Origin: Oscillospiraceae bacterium
GTDB lineage: Bacteria > Bacillota > Clostridia > Oscillospirales > CAG-272
DNA: 64,000 nt
Direction of reading: 5' to 3'
Assembly (NCBI GenBank): GCA_015064295.1
Contig: SVSM01000001.1
Coordinates: forward strand, 17,668-81,667
The notes under the pieces were generated by a model. That model saw nothing but the letters and a program-made list of their open reading frames with translations, was not told the DNA's origin and made no database searches. Both the position numbers and the translations under genes were made by a program. Each line of letters opens with the position of its first letter. The first letter of the stretch is position 1. Below are positions 44,943-55,029 of the stretch, piece by piece.

Positions 44943-44979
44943 AAACGCCCTATGGCCGCAAGGCCATAGGGCGTTTTTG
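44943..44979 (+). terminator. Terminator after the lipoprotein gene
   Basis: 14-bp stem AACGCCCTATGGCC / GGCCATAGGGCGTT followed by TTTTGTT. Confidence 0.8.
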
Positions 44980-45142
44980 TTATGGTGTTGTCTTCCTTCG
45001 CCAAAATCCTCACCGTCCTTCGGTGGAGGTGTGTGACTGCGGAAATAAATTCCTTCTCATTTGGCTGGTAAGAGGCAGGCGTGCAGGTATAATTGCCGCT
45101 CTGCGGCAAACCCTATCGGTAACGAATTTGCGGAGGTCTCGG

Positions 45143-45433
45143 ATGGAACTGCTGGCGGTGTCTTACGTCTTTAACCTGCTGGATTACTGCTTTACGGCTC
45201 TTTGGGTGTACCTGTACGGCATTGAGGCGGAGGCGAATCCCTTCGGACAATGGCTCCTGCAAAACGGCACGGCGCCTCTTGTGAAGATCGCGGGAATGGC
45301 CGTTCTGTTTATCCTGCTCGGCGTTTTGGTCAAGCGATGCCCGCGGGCCGAGTATGCCGTTTCGACGGTATTTGGGTGCTACTGCCTCATCACGGTGTAC
45401 CATATTGCCATCGCACTGTACGTGTTATCGTGA
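45143..45433 (+). CDS. Small 3-4 TM membrane protein, DUF5658-like
   Basis: Start at ATG 45143 behind GGAGG. 96 aa (MELLAVSYVFNLLDYCFTALWVYLYGIEAEANPFGQWLL). The pattern matches DUF5658 from memory. Confidence 0.5.
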   Translation: MELLAVSYVFNLLDYCFTALWVYLYGIEAEANPFGQWLLQNGTAPLVKIAGMAVLFILLGVLVKRCPRAEYAVSTVFGCYCLITVYHIAIALYVLS

Positions 45434-45436
45434 CGG

Positions 45437-47125
<1,689 letters not shown>

Positions 47126-47137
47126 ACTTCGACTCCT

Positions 47138-48352
47138 TTATACACCAAGACCGGTCATAATGGAAAGCATAGGCGAATAGACCGCCAAGAACAGCGTGCC
47201 AATGATCGCACCCATGATGATCAGCATAATGGGCTGGATCTTGCTGGTGATGGAATTCAGCGAGGTCTCTACCTGCGCGTCAAAGAAGGAGCAGGAGCGT
47301 GTGAGAACGTCGCTGAGGGAGTTGGTTCGTTCACCGATGGTGATCATCTGGATCATCATAGAAGGGAAGAGCTCGTAGCTTTCAAAGGCGTTGGTCAGCG
47401 ACATGCCGCTGCGGATCGCCTCGGAAGCTTGCCGGAATCTGCCTAACAGATATCGGTTACCCAATACGATCTCCGTCGAATACAATGCCTCGTTCAGATC
47501 CATACCGCTGGACAGTAAGAGCGCCAGCGCACGGGCAAAACGGGAGGTGATCATATTGAGCTGCACGGTTTTGATCAGGGGGATCTTAAGTTTCATGACG
47601 TCCACGTAGTAGCCGACGAACTCGGTGCGGGCAACGGCAAAGATCAAGAAGCCCACGACGACGACGCCTACCAGCAGGTATTGCCAGGTGCCCATCAGGA
47701 AGTCCGAAATGGCGTATACCGCCGCCGTCAGTCCGGTCACCTCCACGTCAAGCTTGGTAAGAGTCTCCCGGAAGGTGGGAATAACCAACACCAGCATCAG
47801 GATCACGATGCCGACTGTCATGGCGGCGAGCATCATGGGATATGACAAAGCGGCCTTCAGCTTTCTGCGGAGATCCGCGTCCTTCTCGTAGTAGTCGGAG
47901 AGGGAGTTAAACACCTCATCCAGCCTGCCGCTGAGCTCACCGACCTTGACCATGCTGCGGAAGAAATCCGGGAACACCTTTGCTTGCTTTTCCAGGGCAT
48001 CGGACAGGAGCGTGCCTCCCTTGACCTCCTCGTAAATCACTGAAAGGATGGAACGGAAATAGGAGGAATAGGACTGATTTTTCAAAATGTCAAGGCAGTC
48101 CAAAATGGGAATATGGGTGTTCAGCATAATGGAAAATTGGCGACAGAAGGCAGTCAGCTCCGAAATGCTGACCTTGCCCGTGCCAAGGGTAAAGAAGGCA
48201 GAGGGGGCACCGCCGTCGTAGGGCTTTGCCGAGACCAGAAACAGGCTTTGCTTGGCAAGCTGCTGCTCCAGGTCCTGCTCGTCCTTGGCAATAAACACGC
48301 CTTTTATTTTTTGCTTTTGCAGATTGATTGCCGTATACCGATATTTTTGCAT
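47138..48352 (-). CDS. pilC: Type IV pilus platform protein (PilC/GspF family)
   Basis: 404 aa. Duplicated T2SSF-type halves, 3-4 TM segments; immediately upstream of the ATPase gene. Confidence 0.9.
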   Translation of the reverse strand: MQKYRYTAINLQKQKIKGVFIAKDEQDLEQQLAKQSLFLVSAKPYDGGAPSAFFTLGTGKVSISELTAFCRQFSIMLNTHIPILDCLDILKNQSYSSYFRSILSVIYEEVKGGTLLSDALEKQAKVFPDFFRSMVKVGELSGRLDEVFNSLSDYYEKDADLRRKLKAALSYPMMLAAMTVGIVILMLVLVIPTFRETLTKLDVEVTGLTAAVYAISDFLMGTWQYLLVGVVVVGFLIFAVARTEFVGYYVDVMKLKIPLIKTVQLNMITSRFARALALLLSSGMDLNEALYSTEIVLGNRYLLGRFRQASEAIRSGMSLTNAFESYELFPSMMIQMITIGERTNSLSDVLTRSCSFFDAQVETSLNSITSKIQPIMLIIMGAIIGTLFLAVYSPMLSIMTGLGV

Positions 48353-48367
48353 ACCGTTTTTCCCTTC

Positions 48368-49171
48368 TTACACCAAATCAAACACAAAACCGAGATACCA
48401 GGTCAGAATCCCATTTCCGAAGAACATCGTTATGAGCGTCCCCAGCGCCAAAAACGGGCCAAAGGGATACTCCGTGCGCTTATCGGCATGGCGGATACGG
48501 TTGGCCGCTACCATGCAGACACAGCCCAGCACCGATGCGATCAGGATGGCAGGGATGAATTTCTGCCACCCCAGCAAAAGACCTGCCGCGGCGGCGTATT
48601 TCACATCCCCGAAGCCAAGCCCCTCGGTCTTCAGAACGGCGATGCTTCCGTAGTAGAGGGCCGCAAAGACGGCACCACCTACCGCCGCACCGATCAGGTG
48701 ATCGTACCATGCCGTAAAGCCGTCGGTAAACATGGCGGCCAGACCGCACAGGGCTAACAGGACCGTGAAGCGATTGAAAATCAGCATATGCTCAAGGTCG
48801 ATCCAAAAGATACCGATCAAAAGGGACGAGACTGCCATGGCCGTCAGGGCGTAGATAACACTTTCCTCCCAAAACAGCCGAACCGAAAGGAGCCACAAAA
48901 GAGCGTTCAAAAGCTCCACCATCGGATATCTGGGGGGAATGCGATCGCGGCAGGAGCGACACCGTCCGCCGAGGATCAGGTAAGACAGGAGAGGAACGTT
49001 GTCGTACCATTTGAGTCGGTAATCACAGCGGGGACAATGGGAGGCGGGATGCGAAAGCCTCATGCCGTTTGGCAAGCGGTAAATGACCACGTTCAAAAAA
49101 CTGCCGACACAGAGACCGATCAGTCCTGCAAGCAGATAGACACACAAAAGGATAAATTGCCTCTCGTCCAC
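48368..49171 (-). CDS. pilD: Prepilin peptidase (A24 family, PilD/ComC)
   Basis: 267 aa with a GTG start at 49171, 7 nt after GGAGG. N-terminal CPRCDYRL...CRSCRDRI zinc-type motif; GFGDVKY catalytic Asp region. Confidence 0.9.
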   Translation of the reverse strand: MDERQFILLCVYLLAGLIGLCVGSFLNVVIYRLPNGMRLSHPASHCPRCDYRLKWYDNVPLLSYLILGGRCRSCRDRIPPRYPMVELLNALLWLLSVRLFWEESVIYALTAMAVSSLLIGIFWIDLEHMLIFNRFTVLLALCGLAAMFTDGFTAWYDHLIGAAVGGAVFAALYYGSIAVLKTEGLGFGDVKYAAAAGLLLGWQKFIPAILIASVLGCVCMVAANRIRHADKRTEYPFGPFLALGTLITMFFGNGILTWYLGFVFDLV

Positions 49172-49281
49172 GTGGCACCTCCGTCAGAATTCATATGGTT
49201 GGCTCATTTTGGCGCCCGCCGGACGCCGTCAAAGCACCTCAAAGCACTTTTGAAATGCCCCGGCGCACCGCCAAAGCGCCG

Positions 49282-50442
49282 TCAGAAATTGTTGAGCTTG
49301 TTATATTGCTTGACGTAACAGCCGCCCAGCAGTTCCAAAACCTTCGGTGCGGCACCGCTGAACATCGGCGCAAAGATAACGCCGTTCTCTTCCTTTTCCC
49401 CGTTGACCATGTCAAACAGGAAGCGGTATTCCTGGGGCATATTCACGTATACCGTCTCGATTTCCCCAAGGGCGGTAATTTTCGAATTGGATGCGATCAG
49501 ATCCAGCGTCCATTTCATGAAGATACGAAAGTTTTCATAAATGAAGCCCTTTGGGTCGGTCGGTGTTTCCCGAAGCATAAACTTGGGCAGCTTACGTCCG
49601 CCGCGGGTTTCGGTCACTTCCCCCTCGGCATCTTCCTCGCTTACGCCCGGGAAGCTTTCGGTTTGGGAGAGGACCTCGTCATCCGCATCCATGGCCCCTA
49701 ATATATCCGTTATCGTCATCTTTGCCTTGGCCTTCTCCTTGGCGTTCTGCACCAGGGCCTCGGCGGCTGAATGGTCAAATAACAGGTCCTCGGCCGCCAG
49801 CTGCGAGGGATGCAGGGCGGTGCGGCCAAAGGGTAAGCGATAGGATCCCAGCGTTCTGCCCTTGTTTAAGAAGGCAAAGTGCGCGGAGGTGTCTTTGATG
49901 TCCAAAAGCAGGCAGGTCTCTCCCCGCAGCTTCGGGTTGAGCGCCATGGCACCGTCCGCCATAGCGTTTGACACAAAGGTTACGTTTTCCAAACGGTATC
50001 CGGCGTCGTCAAATACCGCCTCAAACCGTTCTAAAAGCGCGGTGCGGATACCGACCAGGCCGTACTGCGCCGTTTGCTTATTCTGGGACAGCAGGAAGGT
50101 GTTGTAGGTCAGATCGCTTTTGTTCTGATACACCGTGCCGATGACCAGATTCAGTGAATTGTTCACCGCCTTTTTTCCCATATTGGGAATGGTGATCATG
50201 TCGGTCAGAAAAAAGTCGTCGGGCAAGAGCAGGGAAACGTCCGGCAGGCTCTTTGCGGTATGCTTTTGTTTATACAAGCGCAGGATCTGGCTCAGTTCGT
50301 CAAAAAAGCCGTCGTCCATGGCGGTAGCGTGATAGGGGGCAGCCGTAAAGCTGCCGTTACTGTCGCCTCCGCTCTGATAGAAATAGATTCGGTTATTGTC
50401 GTTGTTGACGAAAATGGTGAAGGACATGGTGTTCTCGGCCAT
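49282..50442 (-). CDS. PilM-like (actin-fold-like) pilus assembly protein, divergent
   Basis: 386 aa. The segment CLLLDIKDTSAHFAFLNKGRTLGSYRLPFG resembles the second phosphate-binding subdomain of PilM. There is no clear N-terminal DxGxx motif, and an acidic insert (DADDEVLSQTESFPGVSEEDAEGEV) is present. The call rests mostly on context. Confidence 0.45.
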   Translation of the reverse strand: MAENTMSFTIFVNNDNNRIYFYQSGGDSNGSFTAAPYHATAMDDGFFDELSQILRLYKQKHTAKSLPDVSLLLPDDFFLTDMITIPNMGKKAVNNSLNLVIGTVYQNKSDLTYNTFLLSQNKQTAQYGLVGIRTALLERFEAVFDDAGYRLENVTFVSNAMADGAMALNPKLRGETCLLLDIKDTSAHFAFLNKGRTLGSYRLPFGRTALHPSQLAAEDLLFDHSAAEALVQNAKEKAKAKMTITDILGAMDADDEVLSQTESFPGVSEEDAEGEVTETRGGRKLPKFMLRETPTDPKGFIYENFRIFMKWTLDLIASNSKITALGEIETVYVNMPQEYRFLFDMVNGEKEENGVIFAPMFSGAAPKVLELLGGCYVKQYNKLNNF

Positions 50443-50454
50443 TGTAACTCTCCT

Positions 50455-50829
50455 TTACTGCAGCTGCCAGACAGTGATCCGGTAGGCGCCTGCATCGTTT
50501 TCAAGGCATACACGCAGAAGTGTTCTGTCGCTGTTCTTTTTCTTGACGGACATTTCCAGCCCGTTTATCGTGATCTCATAGGCAGGATAGCGCGCAACCC
50601 AGTTGTGCTCGGGTTCGTCGGCGGCGGCTATAAAGTCCTCGCCGATCTGCTCAAGGACCATGCTGCGCTCCATTTCCTCCAGGAGACGGAGCTGCTTGCT
50701 ATGCTGCAGCAGGGAGGTGGTCAGGAGGATGATGGAGAGAGAAACGGTCAGCACCATCACCATAATGGCCAGCTCGATGGCGGCACCTTTGCGGCTCGCC
50801 GTTCGTTTTTGCCTAAGAAGGATGGCCAT
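50455..50829 (-). CDS. Pilin-like protein with an atypical class III signal
   Basis: 124 aa. Begins MAILLRQKRTASRKG-AAIELAIMVMVLTVSLSIILL, so Glu lies at +4 rather than +5 after the Gly. ATGA-coupled to the upstream minor pilin. Confidence 0.5.
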   Translation of the reverse strand: MAILLRQKRTASRKGAAIELAIMVMVLTVSLSIILLTTSLLQHSKQLRLLEEMERSMVLEQIGEDFIAAADEPEHNWVARYPAYEITINGLEMSVKKKNSDRTLLRVCLENDAGAYRITVWQLQ

Positions 50830-51245
50830 CAGGAGGCACCTCCTTCCGTGGGAAAGGTGTAGGAATATATCGCCTCGCTGCTTGGTTTTGCGACGGTGTA
50901 GTCAAGCTTTTTGGGGGAGAAGGATGCCTTTACGGTGACGGTGATGGTCTTGCTCCGGCACACATAGGCGTTCTCCTCTTGGCTGTATGCAAAGTTGTCG
51001 AGGGCTTGCAGCGCCTGTAAAAAGGTATCCGCATCCTCGGAAAAGCGGAAGCAGTTTAGCACGTCCGCGGCACTGCTTTGGGCATCGGCTATGGCAAGAT
51101 AGTTTGCCTCGACGCTCACCGATCGCAAAACCATGCCGACCGCGGCGGCACTGATGATCGTAATGATCACAAGGGCGACGGTGACCTCAACGACGGTCAT
51201 GCCTCTACGACGGCGAAGGCCGTTCCGTTTGACAGTATGATTCAT
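50829..51245 (-). CDS. Minor pilin / pseudopilin (prepilin-type N-terminus)
   Basis: 138 aa. Begins MNHTVKRNGLRRRRG-MTVVEVTVALVIITIISAAAV (Gly-1, Glu+5). GGAGG lies upstream of the ATG at 51245. Confidence 0.7.
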   Translation of the reverse strand: MNHTVKRNGLRRRRGMTVVEVTVALVIITIISAAAVGMVLRSVSVEANYLAIADAQSSAADVLNCFRFSEDADTFLQALQALDNFAYSQEENAYVCRSKTITVTVKASFSPKKLDYTVAKPSSEAIYSYTFPTEGGAS

Positions 51246-51276
51246 ATGTGCGGCCTCCGTTTTCTGAAAATTTGTG

Positions 51277-51792
51277 TTACTCGGATGCGGTTTCTCCCAC
51301 TCGCTCTCCTACGCGGGAGAGAATGGTAAAGGTATCTTCTAAGGCGACTCGATTCCCGGCGGCGTTTGTTACCGAGTAAACCAGCGTGCAGAAGATCAGA
51401 GGATTACCGTTCGATCTTGTCATTTGACGGAATTGAAGCTCCTCCACCGTGTCGATGGGACAGAAGAGCTTCTGCCCATCGGGCAGCGGGGCGGTCAGGG
51501 TGCCCTCCTCCCAAGCCACGCGATAGGTCTGTCCCTCAACGGTGGCGGAAAGGCCGGTCTCGTCGGCGGTAATGGAGGCATCCAGCCCGGTCATGCGGTC
51601 CACCCAGCTTTTCAGAATGACCTGACACAGCTCTCGGTCTTCGGAAGCGCTCAGCTTGGTGGTGGCAGCGGCACTGCGGGCGTTGACCATGACGGTAAAG
51701 GAGACCACGACCGTACCCACGATGGCAAGGACGGCCAGCACGACACACATTTCCGCAATGGTAATGCCGGTTCTTTTTCGCTTTTTATGCAC
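51277..51792 (-). CDS. Minor pilin / pseudopilin (prepilin-type N-terminus), GTG start
   Basis: I place the start at GTG 51792, 7 nt after AAAGGAGG. The product begins VHKKRKRTG-ITIAEMCVVLAVLAIVGTVVV (Gly-1, Glu+5). The longer track ORF (to 51927) would prepend an implausible leader. Confidence 0.65.
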   Translation of the reverse strand: MHKKRKRTGITIAEMCVVLAVLAIVGTVVVSFTVMVNARSAAATTKLSASEDRELCQVILKSWVDRMTGLDASITADETGLSATVEGQTYRVAWEEGTLTAPLPDGQKLFCPIDTVEELQFRQMTRSNGNPLIFCTLVYSVTNAAGNRVALEDTFTILSRVGERVGETASE

Positions 51793-51907
51793 GGTAACGC
51801 CTCCTTTCGCGATCAATAACGGGGGTACAATAAAAGCGGTAAACACCACAACACCCCAAAAGAGTGCTGTGGTATTTTGATGATGCATTGATTTAATTGG
51901 TGCGGAA

Positions 51908-52348
51908 TTAGGCCATGTCCTTGCCACAAATGGAGCAGGTGCCGTTTACGTTGACGTGGTCGTTCGTTGCACACTCGATGACGGTCCACTTCACGCCGTC
52001 AAGAGCCGTTTCGTCGGCCTCGATCAGGGGCGTACCGCCGGCCATGGTGGGCTGGGTCTCGTATACGGTGTCCTCGACGGAACCGTTGGAGACCTTGACG
52101 TAGTAAGTATCGTTGCCCTTGACGACCTTGACGAGGGCCGTGGAAGCGGCGGTATCGCCGGCGGCGTAGTCAATTGCACCGATGTAGCTGGTGTGCAGAT
52201 TCTTGGCTTCCTGAAGCACGGCGGAGTCATTGGCCTTTTTGATGACGCTGGAGAAGGTGGGAATCAGAACGGCAGCCAAAATCGCAATCACGGCGATGAC
52301 AATGACAAGCTCCGTAATGGTGAAGCCCTTGCGGTTGCACTTTTTCAT
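51908..52348 (-). CDS. Type IV pilin (146 aa), candidate major subunit
   Basis: Start at ATG 52348 behind AAGGAGA. Begins MKKCNRKG-FTITELVIVIAVIAILAAVLIPTFSSVIKKAN, a canonical class III signal. The C-terminus carries C...CSIC. Confidence 0.8.
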   Translation of the reverse strand: MKKCNRKGFTITELVIVIAVIAILAAVLIPTFSSVIKKANDSAVLQEAKNLHTSYIGAIDYAAGDTAASTALVKVVKGNDTYYVKVSNGSVEDTVYETQPTMAGGTPLIEADETALDGVKWTVIECATNDHVNVNGTCSICGKDMA

Positions 52349-52367
52349 AATTGATTTTCTCCTTTTT

Positions 52368-52412
52368 GAAAAATGCGTGTAGCCCGAGCCCGAAAGCCGA
52401 CCCGGGCTACAC
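52368..52412 (-). terminator. Intra-operon hairpin (attenuator/partial terminator) after the large pilin gene
   Basis: 10-bp perfect stem GTGTAGCCCG / CGGGCTACAC (52377-52386 / 52403-52412) with a 16-nt loop. The reverse strand continues GCATTTTTC. Confidence 0.4.
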
Positions 52413-52437
52413 CGTAAGTTTTGGGAAGAGGTAGGAA

Positions 52438-53673
52438 TTATTGCGTTACACCGTTGACGGTGATGGTGCCCCACTGGGTACCGTCAGCCAGCACGCGGCA
52501 TGTGCCGATGGTGTTGTTGTTGGCAATGATGGTGCCGCCGGTGCTGTATACATAGAAGGCAGCGCCGGAGGTGTTGATCTTACAGCCGGATACCTTAGCG
52601 GTACCGCCGTTGGATACGGCAACACCTGCTGCGGGAGCAGAACCGACGGTGGCGTTAGCGGTGGTGATGACGCAGTCGATGAGCTCGGCGTTACCGGTGA
52701 TCTCGAATGCGGCGCCACTGGTGTTGATGGTCACGCCAACGAACTTGGCATTGCCGGGAACGTTGAAGCCGGCATGGGCAGTATAGGAGCCGCCCTCGAT
52801 CAGAATAGTAGCATCGCCGCCGAACTGATTGGCGTTCATCAAGAAGCCGTCATTGGAGCTGTCCACATAGTTAACGTTCTTCAAGGTGATGTTGACGTTG
52901 TCAGCACCGGGACGGAGCTTCACGAAGGCACCGTTATCGGTGTTGGCATTATAGTTACCGTTCTCCAGGGTAACGGTGCATTCCTTAACGGATGCGGGAA
53001 CGTTGACCATGCCGAATTTTCCGCAGTCGATGTCCTTGTCGCCGCCCTGAACCGTCAGCTTAGCGCCGTTGGTCATTTCCAGAGGACGGGAGGAGTTGTT
53101 GGCACCGCTCAGCTTGTGACCGTTCAGATTGATGGTCATGTCGCCCTTTACGGGGATGGTCTGATCCATGACGATGTCTTCGGTCAGAGTGACGTCGCTA
53201 CCGGCCTGGAGAGCTTCAACGATGTTCTCGGAATTTACTTCCACGTTGATGAACTTGGCGCCTTCCTTCAGAACCAGGGCCTTGCCGTCAGCCAAATGGG
53301 TGGCGAAGGACTCTGCCAGCTTCTTGTCGGTGGGGAACTTGACGGTCTTGCCGGCCTCTTCTACCAGCATAACCGTATTGTGCTCGCTGCACCAGTAGTA
53401 CTCGTAGCCCTTGGTGTGGGGCTCCAGAGCCAGGGCGTCAAAGCCGGCCTCTTCCAGAATGTCGATGACTTCCTTCAGGGTAGCGGGCTTTTCCTTAACG
53501 GATGCAGAGCTCAGCACCGTGTTCATCTCACGGGCGGCCTGCTCGTCGGAGGATACGTTCGCCTTCTTGATCAGACTGGAGAACGTGGGGATCAGCACTG
53601 CGGCCAGGATCGCAATCACAACGATTACAATGACCAGCTCGGTAATGGTGAAGCCTTTGCGCTCGTTTTTCAT
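52438..53673 (-). CDS. Large type IV pilin (411 aa): class III signal plus pilin helix fused to a beta-solenoid-like C-terminal domain
   Basis: Start at ATG 53673. Begins MKNERKG-FTITELVIVIVVIAILAAVLIPTFSSLIKKAN. The C-terminal ~230 aa is made of short x-V-x-I/L-x-G/N rungs (MTINLNGHKLSG, CTVTLENGNYNA, VNITLKNVNYVD, ATILIEGGSYTA, AKFVGVTINTSGAAFEI, AKVSGCKINTSGAAFYV). Confidence 0.75.
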   Translation of the reverse strand: MKNERKGFTITELVIVIVVIAILAAVLIPTFSSLIKKANVSSDEQAAREMNTVLSSASVKEKPATLKEVIDILEEAGFDALALEPHTKGYEYYWCSEHNTVMLVEEAGKTVKFPTDKKLAESFATHLADGKALVLKEGAKFINVEVNSENIVEALQAGSDVTLTEDIVMDQTIPVKGDMTINLNGHKLSGANNSSRPLEMTNGAKLTVQGGDKDIDCGKFGMVNVPASVKECTVTLENGNYNANTDNGAFVKLRPGADNVNITLKNVNYVDSSNDGFLMNANQFGGDATILIEGGSYTAHAGFNVPGNAKFVGVTINTSGAAFEITGNAELIDCVITTANATVGSAPAAGVAVSNGGTAKVSGCKINTSGAAFYVYSTGGTIIANNNTIGTCRVLADGTQWGTITVNGVTQ

Positions 53674-53753
53674 TTTTTTCCCATCCTTATTGATAAATTG
53701 ATAAAATTTACTCACGGTGCGTGAAAAAATTAAATGATTGTATATTCAATACC

Positions 53754-53782
53754 ATTATAACATGCCCAAACGGAAAATGCAA
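53754..53782 (-). promoter_or_regulatory. Sigma-A-type promoter of the pilus operon
   Basis: Reverse strand reads TTGCAT, a 17-nt spacer, then TATAAT with an extended TG (-35 at 53782-53777, -10 at 53759-53754). It is about 80 nt upstream of ATG 53673. Confidence 0.65.
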
Positions 53783-53891
53783 GGGCTTTTCTGCGTTAGT
53801 TGGAGAAAAAAACAAGAAGTTTTTAGAAAGTACGTCATTTTTGTTTCCTCTCCTTGTTTTTTTACGTTTGTAGCCGGGACCTCTGTCAATC

Positions 53892-53926
53892 AAAAAGTCC
53901 CCACCGATTTCGGTGGGGACTTTTTG
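53892..53926 (-). terminator. Terminator after the Gfo/Idh/MocA oxidoreductase gene
   Basis: 14-bp stem AAAAGTCCCCACCG / CGGTGGGGACTTTT, symmetric with A/T runs on both sides. Confidence 0.8.
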
Positions 53927-53947
53927 CAATTTTAGCGGGGTAAGTAA

Positions 53948-54976
53948 TTAGAAGTTGTAATCGGGCTTAACGGGCTTACCGGTCTTGGAGGATTCCACGA
54001 TGGCCATGCAGGCGGCAACGGTCTTGGCGCCCTCAACGGCAGTCATGACAAGAGGCTCGCCGTTCAGAATGATGTCGGCAAAGGTTTTGAACTCGCCGGT
54101 GGTGTTGTGATGAGCGACCTCGATCGGCACCATGGTGGGAGTTAGGTTAACGGCGGTGCTGTTCTCCTGGAGAGTAAAGAGGGTCAGCTCCTTCGAATGG
54201 TTGTCGCAGATGATGGTACCCTTGGTGCCGTAGAACAGGGTTCTCATGGTGTAGTCGCGCTTGCAACCGGTGGATACGAAGATCTTACCGACAACCTTGT
54301 TCGGGAACTTGAGAACCGAGATGGTAGCGTCGTCGTAGCTGACGTGGGGCAGGAGCTTGTGAACGCCGTAAGCGAAGACCTCCTCAGGGTCGCCTGCGAT
54401 CCAACGGAGCAGGTCAACGGCGTGGCAGCCGCCGCCAACAACACCGTGACGGTTGGGATCGCCGCGCCAGGTGTGAGTGATGGTCTCGTAGTCGTGAGCA
54501 TACTCCGACTCTACGAAGTAGAGCTCGCCAATGGTGCCGGCGTCAATGATCTCCTTGGCCTTAACGAAGGCGGGGGTGAAGCGGCAGATCTGGCCGACCA
54601 TGAACGTGCGGTCGGACTTGTTGGCTGCGGCAATGATGGCGTCCAGCTCGGATCTGGTCAGAGCCAGGGGCTTCTCGCAGAGAACGTGCTTGCCGGCTGC
54701 CAGAAATTCCTCGGACATGGGAAGATGCAGCTGGTCGGGGACCGAGAGAACCACGGCTTCCACGTCGGGGTCGTTCAGAAGCTGCTTGTGATCGGAGTAG
54801 CGCTTTTCCTCGGGGATACCGTAGCGATCGCCGATGGTCTTAAGACGATCAGGATTCGAGTCGCAGATCGCGCCGAGAACGGCGTTCTCATAGTCAAGGA
54901 TTCCCTTCAGGTGAAGCTCACCCATGATGGCAACGCCTACGACGGCAACGACCAATTTCTTGTTTTTCTCTTCCAT
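53948..54976 (-). CDS. Gfo/Idh/MocA-family NAD(P)-dependent oxidoreductase
   Basis: 342 aa. N-terminal Rossmann segment (KLVVAVVGVAIMGELH), EKPLAL motif, typical length. AGGAG lies upstream of the ATG at 54976. Confidence 0.8.
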   Translation of the reverse strand: MEEKNKKLVVAVVGVAIMGELHLKGILDYENAVLGAICDSNPDRLKTIGDRYGIPEEKRYSDHKQLLNDPDVEAVVLSVPDQLHLPMSEEFLAAGKHVLCEKPLALTRSELDAIIAAANKSDRTFMVGQICRFTPAFVKAKEIIDAGTIGELYFVESEYAHDYETITHTWRGDPNRHGVVGGGCHAVDLLRWIAGDPEEVFAYGVHKLLPHVSYDDATISVLKFPNKVVGKIFVSTGCKRDYTMRTLFYGTKGTIICDNHSKELTLFTLQENSTAVNLTPTMVPIEVAHHNTTGEFKTFADIILNGEPLVMTAVEGAKTVAACMAIVESSKTGKPVKPDYNF

Positions 54977-55000
54977 TGTTTATGCTCCTGTTATTTTTTA

Positions 55001-55029
55001 TTGACAAACCTCGGGGGATCGTCTATAAT
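55001..55029 (+). promoter_or_regulatory. Consensus sigma-A promoter facing the AraC-family gene
   Basis: TTGACA (55001-55006), a 17-nt spacer, then TATAAT (55024-55029), in the divergent intergenic region. Confidence 0.65.

Noticed and set aside
52441-53724. 427-aa plus-strand ORF opposite the large pilin gene.
   Set aside because: It is antisense to a gene with a textbook class III signal peptide, RBS and promoter. The product is Gly/Val/Asp low complexity.
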